Positions 11,996 through 22,904 of a DNA stretch of 28,070 nt are shown piece by piece. This stretch comes from Tubiluchus corallicola (lineage: Eukaryota > Animalia > Priapulida): positions 1 through 28,070 of the forward strand of contig JAQGDQ010001719.1 of NCBI GenBank assembly GCA_030141605.1, written 5' to 3'. The position numbers were made by a program, and so were the translations under genes. How positions within the stretch are numbered: position 1 is the first letter of the stretch; every line of letters begins with the position of its first letter. The notes beneath the pieces are model-generated. The model worked only from the letters and a program-made list of their open reading frames with translations, had not been told where the DNA came from and searched no databases.

Positions 11996-12498
11996 TTACC
12001 GATGCTTGCTGTACATTACATAATTAACCCTGGCTATGCGGAGATTTCACTAAACGGTGACTTACTATATCATGAAGAGATTGAACACCTGAAACGCGTT
12101 ACCTGCAGGAAATGTTTTTACTGATGCTTGCTGTACATTACATAATTAACGCTGGCTATGCGGAAATTTCACTAAACGGTGACTTACTATATCATGAAGA
12201 GATTGAACACCTGAAACACGTTACCTGCAGGAAATGTTTTTACTGATGCTTGCTGTACATTACATAATTAACGCTGGCTATGCGGAAATTTCACTAAACG
12301 GTGACTTACTATATCATGAAGAGATTGAACACCTGAAACACGTTACCTGCAGGAAATGTTTTTACCGATGCTTGCTGTACATTACATAATTAACGCTGGC
12401 TATGCGGATATTTCACTAAACGGTGACTTACTATATCATGAAGAGAATGAACACCTGAAACACGTTACCTGCAGGAAATGTTTTTACCGATGCTTGCT
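11996..12498. repeat. Tandem repeat, 122-bp unit x ~4.1, overlapping the 3' end of an NCAM exon
   Basis: GATGCTTGCT recurs at 12001, 12123, 12245, 12367 and 12489; the units are nearly identical. Confidence 0.97.
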
Positions 12499-12645
12499 CC
12501 CAGTCTAACTCATCTTGTGATTTGTACCTCACATCATAACTGCTAGGTGCCAGACCGCCATCATCCAAAGGAGGAATAACATCAAACGTGACCGTTGTTG
12601 GAGTGATAATCTCTGGTCTGGCAGAAGGCGGCATCTGAGGCTCAA
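12469..12645 (-). CDS. NCAM: NCAM-family exon: first half of FnIII domain 1
   Basis: atacag|TT...GCAG|gtaacg, phase 1 to 1. EPQMPPSARPEIITPTTVTFDVIPPLDDGGLAPSSYDVRYKSQDELDWEQASVKTFPA. Confidence 0.92.
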
Positions 12646-12769
12646 CTGTATAAAAATATTGATTAATCATATGAACACAACAACTTGAAAGTAGCCAAAA
12701 TAACAAAGGATTTCTTAAATTTATAATCTGAACATAAACAAGACTCAATGATTAATGTAATATTTACTT

Positions 12770-13295
12770 TTTGCAGTGGTACTCAAAATTCATCTGTACA
12801 CCATACTAGAATGAGAGTTGGTTTTTGTCAACTTAATTATGATTTATACCTCAGAAAGTGCAAAAATTACGATGGATCGCTAGCATCACCTAGTTGTCAA
12901 TTTGGTTCTGCTTACGAAACAGTCGGTCATTACTAAATTAGCTGCCCTCTTTACCACCAGGCCAGACGCAACTTATTTACAAATCTCTGCACTCTTTTGT
13001 CAGCTTTTAACATCAATGCTTACAGTCTTGCAACAAATGAACTTGTACGTTTGTTCCTGCATGGGAACCGTACCTTAGATAATTCTGTGAACACTCAAAT
13101 TTTGGTTTTAAACACCAAGCACTTTATAAAGTGTTAACTCTGCTACTGTTGTTACATACTAACGTTCATATTTATTGAAACATTTTTTGTACGTGGGGGT
13201 CACCATTGTTCTGCATCTGTCTAGCATTCACTCCCACTAGCGGAGAACATATATAATATCAAACCTAGTCATATGTTACATCTTCAATAAATTAT
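12770..13295 (+). mobile_element. Degraded 3' fragment of a LINE ORF2 (C-terminal CCHC-type region plus 3' UTR)
   Basis: HTRMRVGFCQLNYDL...SPSCQFGSAYETVGHY*ISCPLYHQARRNLF...LFLHG; AATAAA near 13286. Confidence 0.75.
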
Positions 13296-14172
13296 CTTTA
13301 AACGAACGTAAGATTTAGGGTTTCCATTGGGTACCCAAGTAATTACCAGCATTGTTTATTATCCGAGCCTAATGTTTCTATCCGGTCCCATAAATGAAAA
13401 TGCTGTCATTAAATTTTGCAATGCGATATCCGTTGTTAGAGAATTTAAACCATCTGCTGTGCACTTCTATAGTAGGTACCTACTAGTAGACTATTAACTG
13501 TTGCATTGACAAGGCACCAGGATAGCAGCCAGTAGGGAGGTGGCAGATCAAACCATTTTTGCCGTAGGGGTGACTTACAAAAACAAACTATGATTTCTTT
13601 ACCAAAACATTAATTATCAAAATGAAAATTGTTTATTAACCTTTAAAAACCCATTTCAGGCCGCTAACAAAGATACAAATCAACGGATTGTTAAGTTTAA
13701 AATCACACAGAAAGGATAATGTAGATTATTTTACTCCCCTAATCCCTACGCTGTACTAATAGTACTCAGTGCGGTACTATGAAAGCTAATGTAGCTGACT
13801 GATTAATAGTGTGCAATTAAGCAATTAAAAAGTCAGGCAGATAAAAACCTAGTTAAATGTCTTGCGTGGGAAAACACTAACTTTCGCAGCACACAGCTCG
13901 TGTGTTCAAGCTTTCAGGGTGTAATAAACGAATGCTTGTTGTTAACATAACAGTGCAGTTAGTTGAAATGCATCAGCGGTTGTTTTTATTTGTGAATATA
14001 AATGATTACACAATTTCTTCACTGCCGATGAATCTTAACAATCGGCTACCCGACGGGTATAAAGAAAAGGGTACCCGAGTTTGATTTTTGTTACTTGTGA
14101 AAACAGTAGCAATATTTCTAGCGTGAACTCAAGCTGATGTTTTACTTTAACAGAACTACACGAGATACTCAC

Positions 14173-14269
14173 AAACTTGCTTGACATTAACAAGGCGATT
14201 TCGAGTTCCCAAATCGTTTGTAGCGACACACTCGTACATCCCAAAATCACTATCCACATTCGTCGTGAT
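14173..14269 (-). CDS. NCAM: NCAM-family exon: second half of Ig domain 5
   Basis: ttccag|ATC...GTTT|gtgagt, phase 0 to 1. ITTNVDSDFGMYECVATNDLGTRNRLVNVKQV contains the Ig D-x-G-x-Y-x-C-x-A-x-N motif. This frame is not in the ORF track. Confidence 0.95.
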
Positions 14270-14378
14270 CTGGAAAAACCGACATAAGCTGTACTGGCGT
14301 TCTTTGAGTTTAAAATGGGAAAAACTTCCGGAAAATGCAGAGCATTTTTACGGGAAAATTTTTCACATTAATATGTAC

Positions 14379-14566
14379 CTCTAGCGACTTGAGATGACCA
14401 CTTCCAAAGACTTTAGCATCCATGGCGCTGTTTTCTACCGGCTGTCCGTTCATTCTCCACTCCAGTTCTGCCGGTGGATCAGCATCCACGTGGCACGTTA
14501 AATTGACAGTATGCTCAATCCATGAATTAACTTCGCTAGATGAGTTTACGGTGAAAATTGGATAGT
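14379..14566 (-). CDS. NCAM: NCAM-family exon: first half of Ig domain 5
   Basis: tttgcag|AC...GAG|gtacat, phase 1 to 0. YPIFTVNSSSEVNSWIEHTVNLTCHVDADPPAELEWRMNGQ...KSLE. Confidence 0.94.
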
Positions 14567-14683
14567 CTGCAAAAAATAAACATGTTGATACACAATGCAA
14601 AGAAAAACATATTCCAGTTTCTTAAATATTAGTGAGTAATATAAACAAATGATACAGGCATCTTATAATACAGGACCAACTCT

Positions 14684-15095
14684 AATACGGGGACAACTCA
14701 TGTAATTTTTTTTGTCTATTTTTGGTTACTCGCTTGTGAAGTAACTCCATAAAGAGGCTTGTTTTGCCATTTTCTTGAATCTTGCCGAGAATATAAATAA
14801 TACAGGGACAACTCATGTAATTTTATTTGTCTATTTTTGGTTACTCGCTTGTGAAGTAACTCCATAAAGAGGCTTGTTTTGCCATTTTCTTGAATCTTGC
14901 CAAGAATATAAATAATACAGGGACAAGTCATGTAATTTTATTTGTCTATTTTTGGTTACTCGCTTGTGAAGTAACTCCATAAAGAGGCTTGTTTTGCCAT
15001 TTTCTTGAATCTTGCCGAGAATATAAATAATACAGGGACAACTCGTATAATTTTATTCCTCCATTTTTGGCTGCTCACTTGCGAAATAACCTATT
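14684..15095. repeat. Tandem repeat, 115-bp unit x3 plus a degenerate fourth
   Basis: GGACAA(C/G)TC recurs at 14691, 14806, 14921 and 15036. Confidence 0.95.
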
Positions 15096-15631
15096 AAGGC
15101 TCCTGTGATTGTTCTTGTGTTTTTGCTCCAGTTTTACCATTGTTTCTCGTGCATACATCTGTTCTTAATGACTTGAGCATGTGCACTGACTGCAGTGGGC
15201 AGAAAACCGGCATGATTTAAGGCAAAATGTGCAGTAATACCAGATTATTAACATGTCAATAGTAAACTCAAATGATTTCAGCTCAGCTTCTAGAGCAGCC
15301 AGGTTTGGTAGCACAGATACTTATGACGTATATGAAGTAGGTCGTTTAAAATGAATTTTTTTCCTAAATTTATGCAATCTTGAAATAATGCAATTAGTCA
15401 GCTGCTGATAATATATATATATATATAATAATCTTTATTTGCCATTAAAAACATTGATAATCACTGATAAAAACTTTATAGAGATAATCAATCAGTGTTA
15501 GTTAATAAAAACTTACACTGCTGAAGGCAAATGCGTCAGTGCAATCTAAACTACTGTGCAGTAATGACGAATAAAATCAAACATATTTACAACTATACAC
15601 AAAAAAATATAAAAAAAAAACTATGATTTAA

Positions 15632-18600
15632 TTAATATGGCCGTGGGTATATGAATTCGGAATTAGTGTGTATGTTGTCGTACTGGTGTGATGGTATTTC
15701 ATATCTGGTTAATATTAGTGATTTTAATTTTGTTTTAAATGCTGATAGGGACTTGATTTGTTTAACCTGTAATGGTAGAGAATTCCAAAGTAAAATTGCT
15801 TGTTTGATTACAGAGTTCGTTCCATAGTGGGTATTTGTCCTAATTTGTTTTAGATTGCTTGTTCTGGAATTAACGATAGGATTTGGAAAAAAGGTAAATC
15901 TGTTATTCTGGTATGGTTTGCTGATGTTGTTAATGTATTTAAATATAAAAAGCAGAGTAAAATATTCTTTGTGTGCTTCAATGATTGGGAATTTTAAAGT
16001 TTTTCTCAGGTTAGTTGTTGAAGCTTTGAATTTTTGTCTACCTGCCTTGTGTTTGTATGAGTACCTAGCTATCAATCTCAACGCATAGTTTTGAAGGAGA
16101 TTTAATTTTAAGTAATTTTCTCTTTTGGTTTTTTGAAGTAGTGTACATCCATATAAGAAGTGTGGTAGAACTAAAGTTTTATATATTAGTGTTTTAGTTT
16201 CCTTTGTTAGTTGCCCTTTAACTTGTCGGAGATATGATGTGCTAGATGCCATTTTTGTGTATATGTTATTAAAGTGATCATCCCATGAAAGATTATTGTC
16301 TACTTGTATGCCCAGGAATTTAACATTGTTAGTTTGTTTGATTACAGCATTATCTATTGTCAATGTGGTTGATGATGCATCATTAGTATTTAATGAGGGT
16401 GACAGTATCATGAATTCTGTTTTGTCATTATTCATTTTTAGCTTGTAATGACTAAATGCCATATTTATATTTTTTTTATATCTTCTTCTAAATAATTTTT
16501 TGCAGTTTGGACATTTTCATGGGCTATGTAGATTGTAGTGTCATCAGCGTATTGCGTTATTTGTGAGTGTTTTAATACACTGGATATGTTGTTTATATAT
16601 AGGCAAAATAATAACGGACCTAGTAGTGGTCCTTGCGGTATACCTCTGTTTAACGTGGCCCAGTCAGAAAAGTTGGTTGTATCTAACTTTACTCGTTGTT
16701 GTCTATCTTTGAGAGAATTTTGTATCAGTTTTAACGATATCGAATCTAATCCGATTTGTTTTAAATTATCGTAAAGTAGTTCGTGATTAATGCTATCGAA
16801 AGCTTTACTTAAATCCAAAAATGCTGCTAAAATGTATTGCTTGTTGTCTAAACTATGTCTCCAATTTTCTGTTGTGTGTATTAGGGCGTCAATGGTTGAA
16901 TGGTGTTTACGGAAGCCAAACTGATGTTTTGATAAAAGTTCATGTTTATTTACATATGAATTTATCTGATCATAAATTACCCTTTCCCAAACTTTACCGA
17001 AACAATGGATTACGGAAATTGGGCGATAATTCATGGGATCACATTTTGGATCTTTTTTATGGATTGGAGTCACGTTTGCCATTTTACATACCGTTGGAAA
17101 TTCGCCTCTCATAATTATCTGATTAGTAATGTAAGTCATATGCGGGGCTATTACAGATGCGCTATCTTTTAGAATTTTGATAGGAATATCTGATGGTCCA
17201 CTCCCTTTGTTGGAACTTAGGTTATTTAATATGTCGTTAATTTCTCCTACTGTGACGCTTTTGAATGAGAATACTGTGTTAGACGATTTGTTTTTTAATT
17301 TATTAATTATATTATTGCTAATATGAGAAGCCACTCCCTTAAAATTTCCAAGATTCAGGAATATTGCATTTAGCGCGTTGGCAATATCTTTGGGTTTTGT
17401 AATAACAGTGTTGTTGATCTTAATTTCGTCAACTTGTTACGGCATTTATTTATTACATTGTTAATAATTTTCCATTTTTCTTTGGTATTTGTTGCGTTTT
17501 TACATTGTTGTTGTATATGTTTATTTTTCAAGCATTTATTAAGATTATTAAATTGATTTCTCTTTTTTTTATAATTGTTATGATTGTTTTTAGTTTTGTT
17601 CTTTTCCCATATATTATACATTCTGTTTTTCGCTATTCTTAGTTTGTCAAGTTCAGGTGTTGTCCAGGTACTTTCGTTATTGAGTTTGCTTTGTTGTGGG
17701 ATTTGCTTTACGTTTTTATATGGTGCATGTACATTAAGGCAATATTCAACATTATATGTCAGAATATTAACTTGTGTATCTATTTTATCAGTCATATATA
17801 TGGAGGTCCAGTTCATTTTTGCTAAGTCGATTAAGTATGAATGTTTGTTGTATTGGGCGTAGTCTCTCATTAAATGCCAGACTGAATTTTGGTTATTATT
17901 ATGCTGTGAGGTCATTTTATCTACTAATATTGTGAAATGATGATCTGAATAATCACACGGGAAAGTATCATATGCTACGAAATTATTGTTACTATTTGAA
18001 ATGAAATGGTCGATTACTGTGGCTGATGTTTTAGAAATTCGAGTAGGTTTATTGTTGTTAAGTATGTGGACATTATATTGTTTTAAAAGCTCTGTGTATG
18101 TTTTGTATGCCAGTGTGTTTGTAGCTAAAATATCAAGGTTGAAATCGCCCATTATAAGAACTTTTTATTTTCGAAAACACTGCGTTCTAGTTCTTCACTA
18201 AAGTATTTGAAAAATGTTTTGTGTTTGAGATTGGGTGGTCTATATATGGTTCCTATTACATAGTTCTCAATGCTGCACCAAACAGATTCAATCTTGCCGG
18301 TTCTGATGCCTTTCATTTCTTGTGGTCTCAGGTGTGAAGGTATATACATCGCAACCCCTCCACCTTTCTTATTTTTACATCTATCTCTTCTTATTAATGT
18401 GTGATTAGGTAATTCTATAGTGTTGCTAAGTATTTGTTTATGTAGCCAAGTTTCTGTTATGCCTACAATCAGATTTTCGGTGGCGTGAATTGTATCTTTC
18501 AGCAGCCAGTGTTTTTTGACGAGACTTTGAATATTTATATTTAGAAATTTGATGTTCTTTTTATAAGTAATCATGAATTTTTTTAGCTCATCACTGGTAT

Positions 18601-19420
18601 TATTATTGTTGGTGTTATTATTATTATTATTTGGCAAAATGGGTCCAGGGTTAGTTTCGATACCACCAAGTATAAGTAGTAAACGAATTATGGTTAAAAT
18701 GTAAGCCAGTTCAGAATATGAGTATAGAGTGCTTTCAAATTTAGATGAAATCTGTAATTTTTCCAATTTTTTTAGAGCTACGTATTTTAGATTGACATGA
18801 CGCATTTGTCTTATAGCACTGAGGTACACAACTTTTAAGATGGATACAAATCTTTTTAAAATAAATTGCATAGAGTGTCTTATTCTATCGCTATTTACAG
18901 GAAAAGCAATGAAAAAGTTGTTTAAATTACCTTTAGTCATTACATTACAAATTACTGTTACGTAGATCATTTTCAGTTTTAGTATGTATAGTAATGTACG
19001 TAGTATAACTAAGACGTAAGCATAGTTACAATAAAAGAACTTAACTGTTTGATATTTGGCGTTAAATATACAAAGGCTCCCATAATCACAAATAAATTTG
19101 GTAATTTTATGATAAGATACGTTAGAAATATCAACTATGATACAAGAAGTAAATTCGTATGGTTTCCAAAATGTACCTATTAACACAAATAAAATAACTT
19201 TAACTTGCAGTTTTTTTGCAGTAATACGGCAGCATAGTATCAAGCTTACACAGTAGAACGTTACACATGCGTGGTAAATTAATTTTAGAACGATCATAAG
19301 GATACTAATATCGGTTGCGAGTAAAAGGGCTTGTATAGAATACAGTACTATAAGAAGTAAATATTTCCTATTATGTAATAACGTGGGTGAGATAATTGTT
19401 ATTATAATACTAGTATACAC
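15632..19420 (-). pseudogene. LINE ORF2 (hydrophobic leader, 2A-like motif, APE endonuclease, reverse transcriptase), split by 3 frameshifts
   Basis: APE motifs NINIQSL, GITETWL, RRDR..KGGGVAMYI, IYRPP, GDFN, IDH, SDH. RT motifs NYRPIS, QFGFR, FLDLSKAFD, GIPQG, YADDT, KFLG. C-terminal LWNSLP...FKTKLK. Frameshifts near 18165, 17440 and 16473. Confidence 0.93.
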
Positions 19421-19755
19421 AATTGTTACGTTATAATCTTTTACACGAGTTAGGATGGATTGGCCTATTTTGCCATATTATGTAAAAATTCACTAGCAGC
19501 AGTGCTAAAAATTTTCTGTTATTCAGTGTCATCATTAAAATCATAATAGAATAGTAAACTAACAGCAACATTTCCCTGATGTAATAATTTATAATACATA
19601 TAATTTGTTAACTACACTATTGGTATACTAACGTTGGACACCATAACACACTAGTGTCAGGGGATGGATCGGCCTGCTTCACATAAACAAGTGTTTACGC
19701 AGACTAGCTTTAAAGTTCAGAGTAATGTCTAAAACCAAGCTAAACGATACTAGGC

Positions 19756-21309
19756 CTATATGAACTTGGAGATAAGCTCTTTAAAGGCTTTGGTTAGTAT
19801 GTTTTCAATCTCGGATTTTAGAACTGGTTCCTGAGTTAACAGCAGCGGTTCATTTTGGCTTGGCAGTGTTGTAGAACATTTATTAGGATAATGAGCTTTA
19901 GCCGATTCTGTGTAGTACAAACTGCTTCGTTCAGATGGCTCTCTCCGGTTCGAAACGGAGTAGGTTCGCTGTGGGTCGTTAATTACTGGCGTTGGGAGAA
20001 GACCAGGTTTCTTAACTGTGTCTGAATAGCTGGTATTGTGAGATGAACCAATACGTAAATTAAACGAGTTATTTAGGCGCGAAATTGCAGAATTGTGTTG
20101 GTATGGGTTTGTATGGGACATTGGCTTGCGTCTTGTTTTCACGTACCAACGCTTAGGATCATTGTGTAAACATAAGTTCAGTCGTTCAGCTAATTTTGAT
20201 ACACCAGCACGACTTAAATGTAAACCGTCTCTTGCCATTAACCCTTCAGCTAAAAAATGACTTTGAATGTTGCACAATAAATAGCCCTCTTTGTTAGCTA
20301 AATAGACTAGATCATCATTGAAAGAGCGTATAAGCTCGTTTGTCAGAAAGATATTACATGGTTTTGCATTAAAATGCTTACTTTTTGAAGTCAGCGGTAT
20401 ATTACAAATAAAAATGTTTGCAGCTTTAAACTTACTTGCAATGTTTTTTGCACAGTTGTCTGCAATTGTAATGATGTCTCTAACTGATGATTCTTTGTCG
20501 ATTTGCTGTCCAACCTCGTCACATTTTTGCGCTAGCCGTCTTATGTCATTTACACCACAAGCGATGATCACATTTTCAAGCTTCATAGCTGGATAATGGT
20601 TTAACACTTTTGTGCTTAACTCTTCTAATGTTAAGCCTCTGTATGAGTGTACCTGGACGTTTTGCCCGATGTCCTTTGGATTTAAGCATACGGTCCGTGA
20701 GTCTCCCAGGACTAGCGTTTGAGTGGTTGCATGTATGGTCTTACGATTTTTCCTTCTTTGATTCACAGTTATTGTGGCATTGCAAGTTTCCTTTTCCTGC
20801 AAGGTTTCGCCCTGCGATGGAAGGTCATTATTGCCGTGTTTCGATGAGGAGGTGTCTCCATTCACAAGCAAAGTTTGACTTGCTTCATCTGTGTGACTGG
20901 GATCTTTGGAGGAATTATCACTTGTTTGGTTGCTTACATTTCGCTTTCTTTTTTGTAGTTCAGAGAGTTCCGTTGATAATTTATGAACCTTTTCGATGAG
21001 AGTTGACTGCTCTTTATAGCTGGCAGCTAGTTTTGACTCCAAGCATTGAATTGTCTTTTTACTCTCTTTTTCGTCATTTTTGGTTTTTATTTGCAAGGCA
21101 ATTAGCATTTGTTTATATCGTTCGCCCTCTGGATCACCAACAAGTACGAAGTCGGGAAACACAATTTCTGCCGCCTCGTGTCCATCATTTCCCATATTCG
21201 TCGTTTGCCTATGTTTTTTGAAGCACCTTTCGCACGTTGCAAGAAATAGCTGATTTTTATTTACTGGATTTTTTGCACTTTTGCAAAGCGTGCAACTTTT
21301 CCTTGCCAT
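19756..21309 (-). CDS. LINE ORF1p: N-terminal CxxC..CxxC, predicted coiled coil, SGNH/GDSL esterase domain
   Basis: 517-aa uninterrupted ORF with SGNH blocks LVLGDS, ACGVND and RDGLHLS; CTLC and CERC at the N-terminus; heptad-like segment at about aa 70-122. Confidence 0.9.
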   Translation of the reverse strand: MARKSCTLCKSAKNPVNKNQLFLATCERCFKKHRQTTNMGNDGHEAAEIVFPDFVLVGDPEGERYKQMLIALQIKTKNDEKESKKTIQCLESKLAASYKEQSTLIEKVHKLSTELSELQKRKRNVSNQTSDNSSKDPSHTDEASQTLLVNGDTSSSKHGNNDLPSQGETLQEKETCNATITVNQRRKNRKTIHATTQTLVLGDSRTVCLNPKDIGQNVQVHSYRGLTLEELSTKVLNHYPAMKLENVIIACGVNDIRRLAQKCDEVGQQIDKESSVRDIITIADNCAKNIASKFKAANIFICNIPLTSKSKHFNAKPCNIFLTNELIRSFNDDLVYLANKEGYLLCNIQSHFLAEGLMARDGLHLSRAGVSKLAERLNLCLHNDPKRWYVKTRRKPMSHTNPYQHNSAISRLNNSFNLRIGSSHNTSYSDTVKKPGLLPTPVINDPQRTYSVSNRREPSERSSLYYTESAKAHYPNKCSTTLPSQNEPLLLTQEPVLKSEIENILTKAFKELISKFI

Positions 21310-21622
21310 TCATGTATGTCTTTTAACATATACTTTTATATGTATTTAACACCCGTGCAAGTTAAACAATAATTATAACAAGTGCAATTTAACACCCGTG
21401 CAAAGTGTTGTACACACTTAATCATACTTTCAATCTGCCTCAAATAACAGAAATATGATTATGGAAATGGGTGACATAATTATAAAATTCACGTTACTTT
21501 ACTTACGTAGAGCTAAAAAAAAATCGCCTTCAAATTTTATATCACTTCTTTGCTGCGTTAGTTGGTTGGTTGACAAGTATAAATCCAGTGAAAATAGAAA
21601 AAGACGGATAAGGTTGACTTAA

Positions 21623-22305
21623 AGCACAAGAAAACCCTTCATAACCATAAAGCTTGAAAAATTCGTTTTGAAATTTTATATCACTTACATACTACCTTTT
21701 TGCGTGCAGGACTTCAATCAGCAGTCACGCTGTATAAAACATGTAAATTTAAACTCCCGCGATGACCGTTAGACGCAGCCATTTTCACGACAGGTCATTT
21801 GAAACAAGTTTAGATAACATTTTGTAAAGTTTGAAAGAATAATCAGAGCATTCGTAGGGCACAAGTCACTAACTAAATAAAATTTAAAATTACTGTATCT
21901 TGTCAATAAGATTAAAATACGTTTTTTGTTTAGTGAGTGGTGCACCCTGGAGGGTGAGTCAGCGACATTTTATCAATTGGTGAAAACATTTTAAATAATT
22001 AATAATTTTCTTTTCTAGTTACATAAGTCTTTCTAGCTGGTAAGCGAAAATCTAAGTAATGTAGATTTGCAAGGAAAGTCTTTTGAGACATAATTTAACG
22101 TTGCCTTTTCCTCCCATGATTTACGTTTAGTGCATGACGTCATGTAATGGTGACTTCGGAACAGTATTGCGGGAGATCTAAAATGAAAACAAACTAAAAT
22201 TCCTTTCAGTGTGAGTGAGATATACGCATAAAATTGCTATAAAGTAATATAATTTTTTAAGGCGATTTTTCTGAAACTTACTTCAGATGCCCCTTTTCTT
22301 GTCCT
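21623..22305 (+). mobile_element. Kolobok/T2-type MITE, family B copy 1
   Basis: TTAA|AGCACAAGAAAA...TTTTCTTGTCCT|TTAA: AG/CT ends, TIR and TTAA TSD. Confidence 0.82.
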
Positions 22306-22429
22306 TTAAGAAGCCGGCTACGTGTAGGAGCAGCACAAGGAAGGTCAAAGTACCAGTATTATTTGAGCATAAAAACAGATTTAACTTCTGGATTTTATGA
22401 TTATAGAAAATTGTTTACCACAGCCTGTT

Positions 22430-22600
22430 GAAATGTTGCACGTTCACGTTTAATTTTTCATGATTTGGCTACTGAAAAGGGCCGAAGGCAACGAAAACCT
22501 AGAGAGGAACAAATATGTGAATTCTGTCAACCAAATAAATTTGGAGAGGACGAGGAACATTTTATTCTGCAGTGTAAAAAACTAAACTGACACGAAAATT
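22430..22600 (+). mobile_element. Degraded LINE ORF2 C-terminal zinc-knuckle remnant (RTE-X-like motif)
   Basis: ARSRLIFHDLATEKGRRQRKPREEQICEFC...EDEEHFILQC fits the HxLxIExGR...RxCxxC...EDExHFxLxC pattern. Confidence 0.75.
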
Positions 22601-22904
22601 ATGTAAAGTTGAAAATTGTAGGCTCCCTGATCTAATGCACAGTTTTGATAGAATATATAAATTTGCGGAATGTCTGCGATGTAAATGACTGTATTTTTAA
22701 AAATTCACTACTTTGTGCTTTGTGAATGTGCAAAAATAGTTTCTGTGGTCATTGAAATATTTAACCTGACACGATACACGCCATTGTAATTAAAAATGCT
22801 GCGAAAATATAATCAGAGCATTCGTAGCAAACACTTGACTAACTAGGCAAAAGTATAAATTAACGTATCTTACGAATAAGATTCAAAGTAAATTTGTTTT
22901 TAAT

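Larger units (their letters stand above)
15409..21430 (-). mobile_element. Near-full-length CR1/L2-group non-LTR retrotransposon (LINE)
   Basis: ORF1 (esterase) plus ORF2 (APE endonuclease and RT). The 3' end has AATAAA (15434-15439, minus strand) followed by an (AT)n tail. The 5' boundary is approximate and no TSD was identified. Confidence 0.93.

Noticed and set aside
13315-14085. Possible hAT-like MITE with GGGTACCC motifs at both ends
   Set aside because: I could not define matching TIRs or a TSD.
11996-15095. CRISPR-like arrays
   Set aside because: The units are head-to-tail identical without unique spacers, and the context is a eukaryotic intron.
15855-21221. Plus-strand ORFs overlapping the LINE
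   Set aside because: They are short antisense shadows of ORF1/ORF2 with no recognisable motifs.
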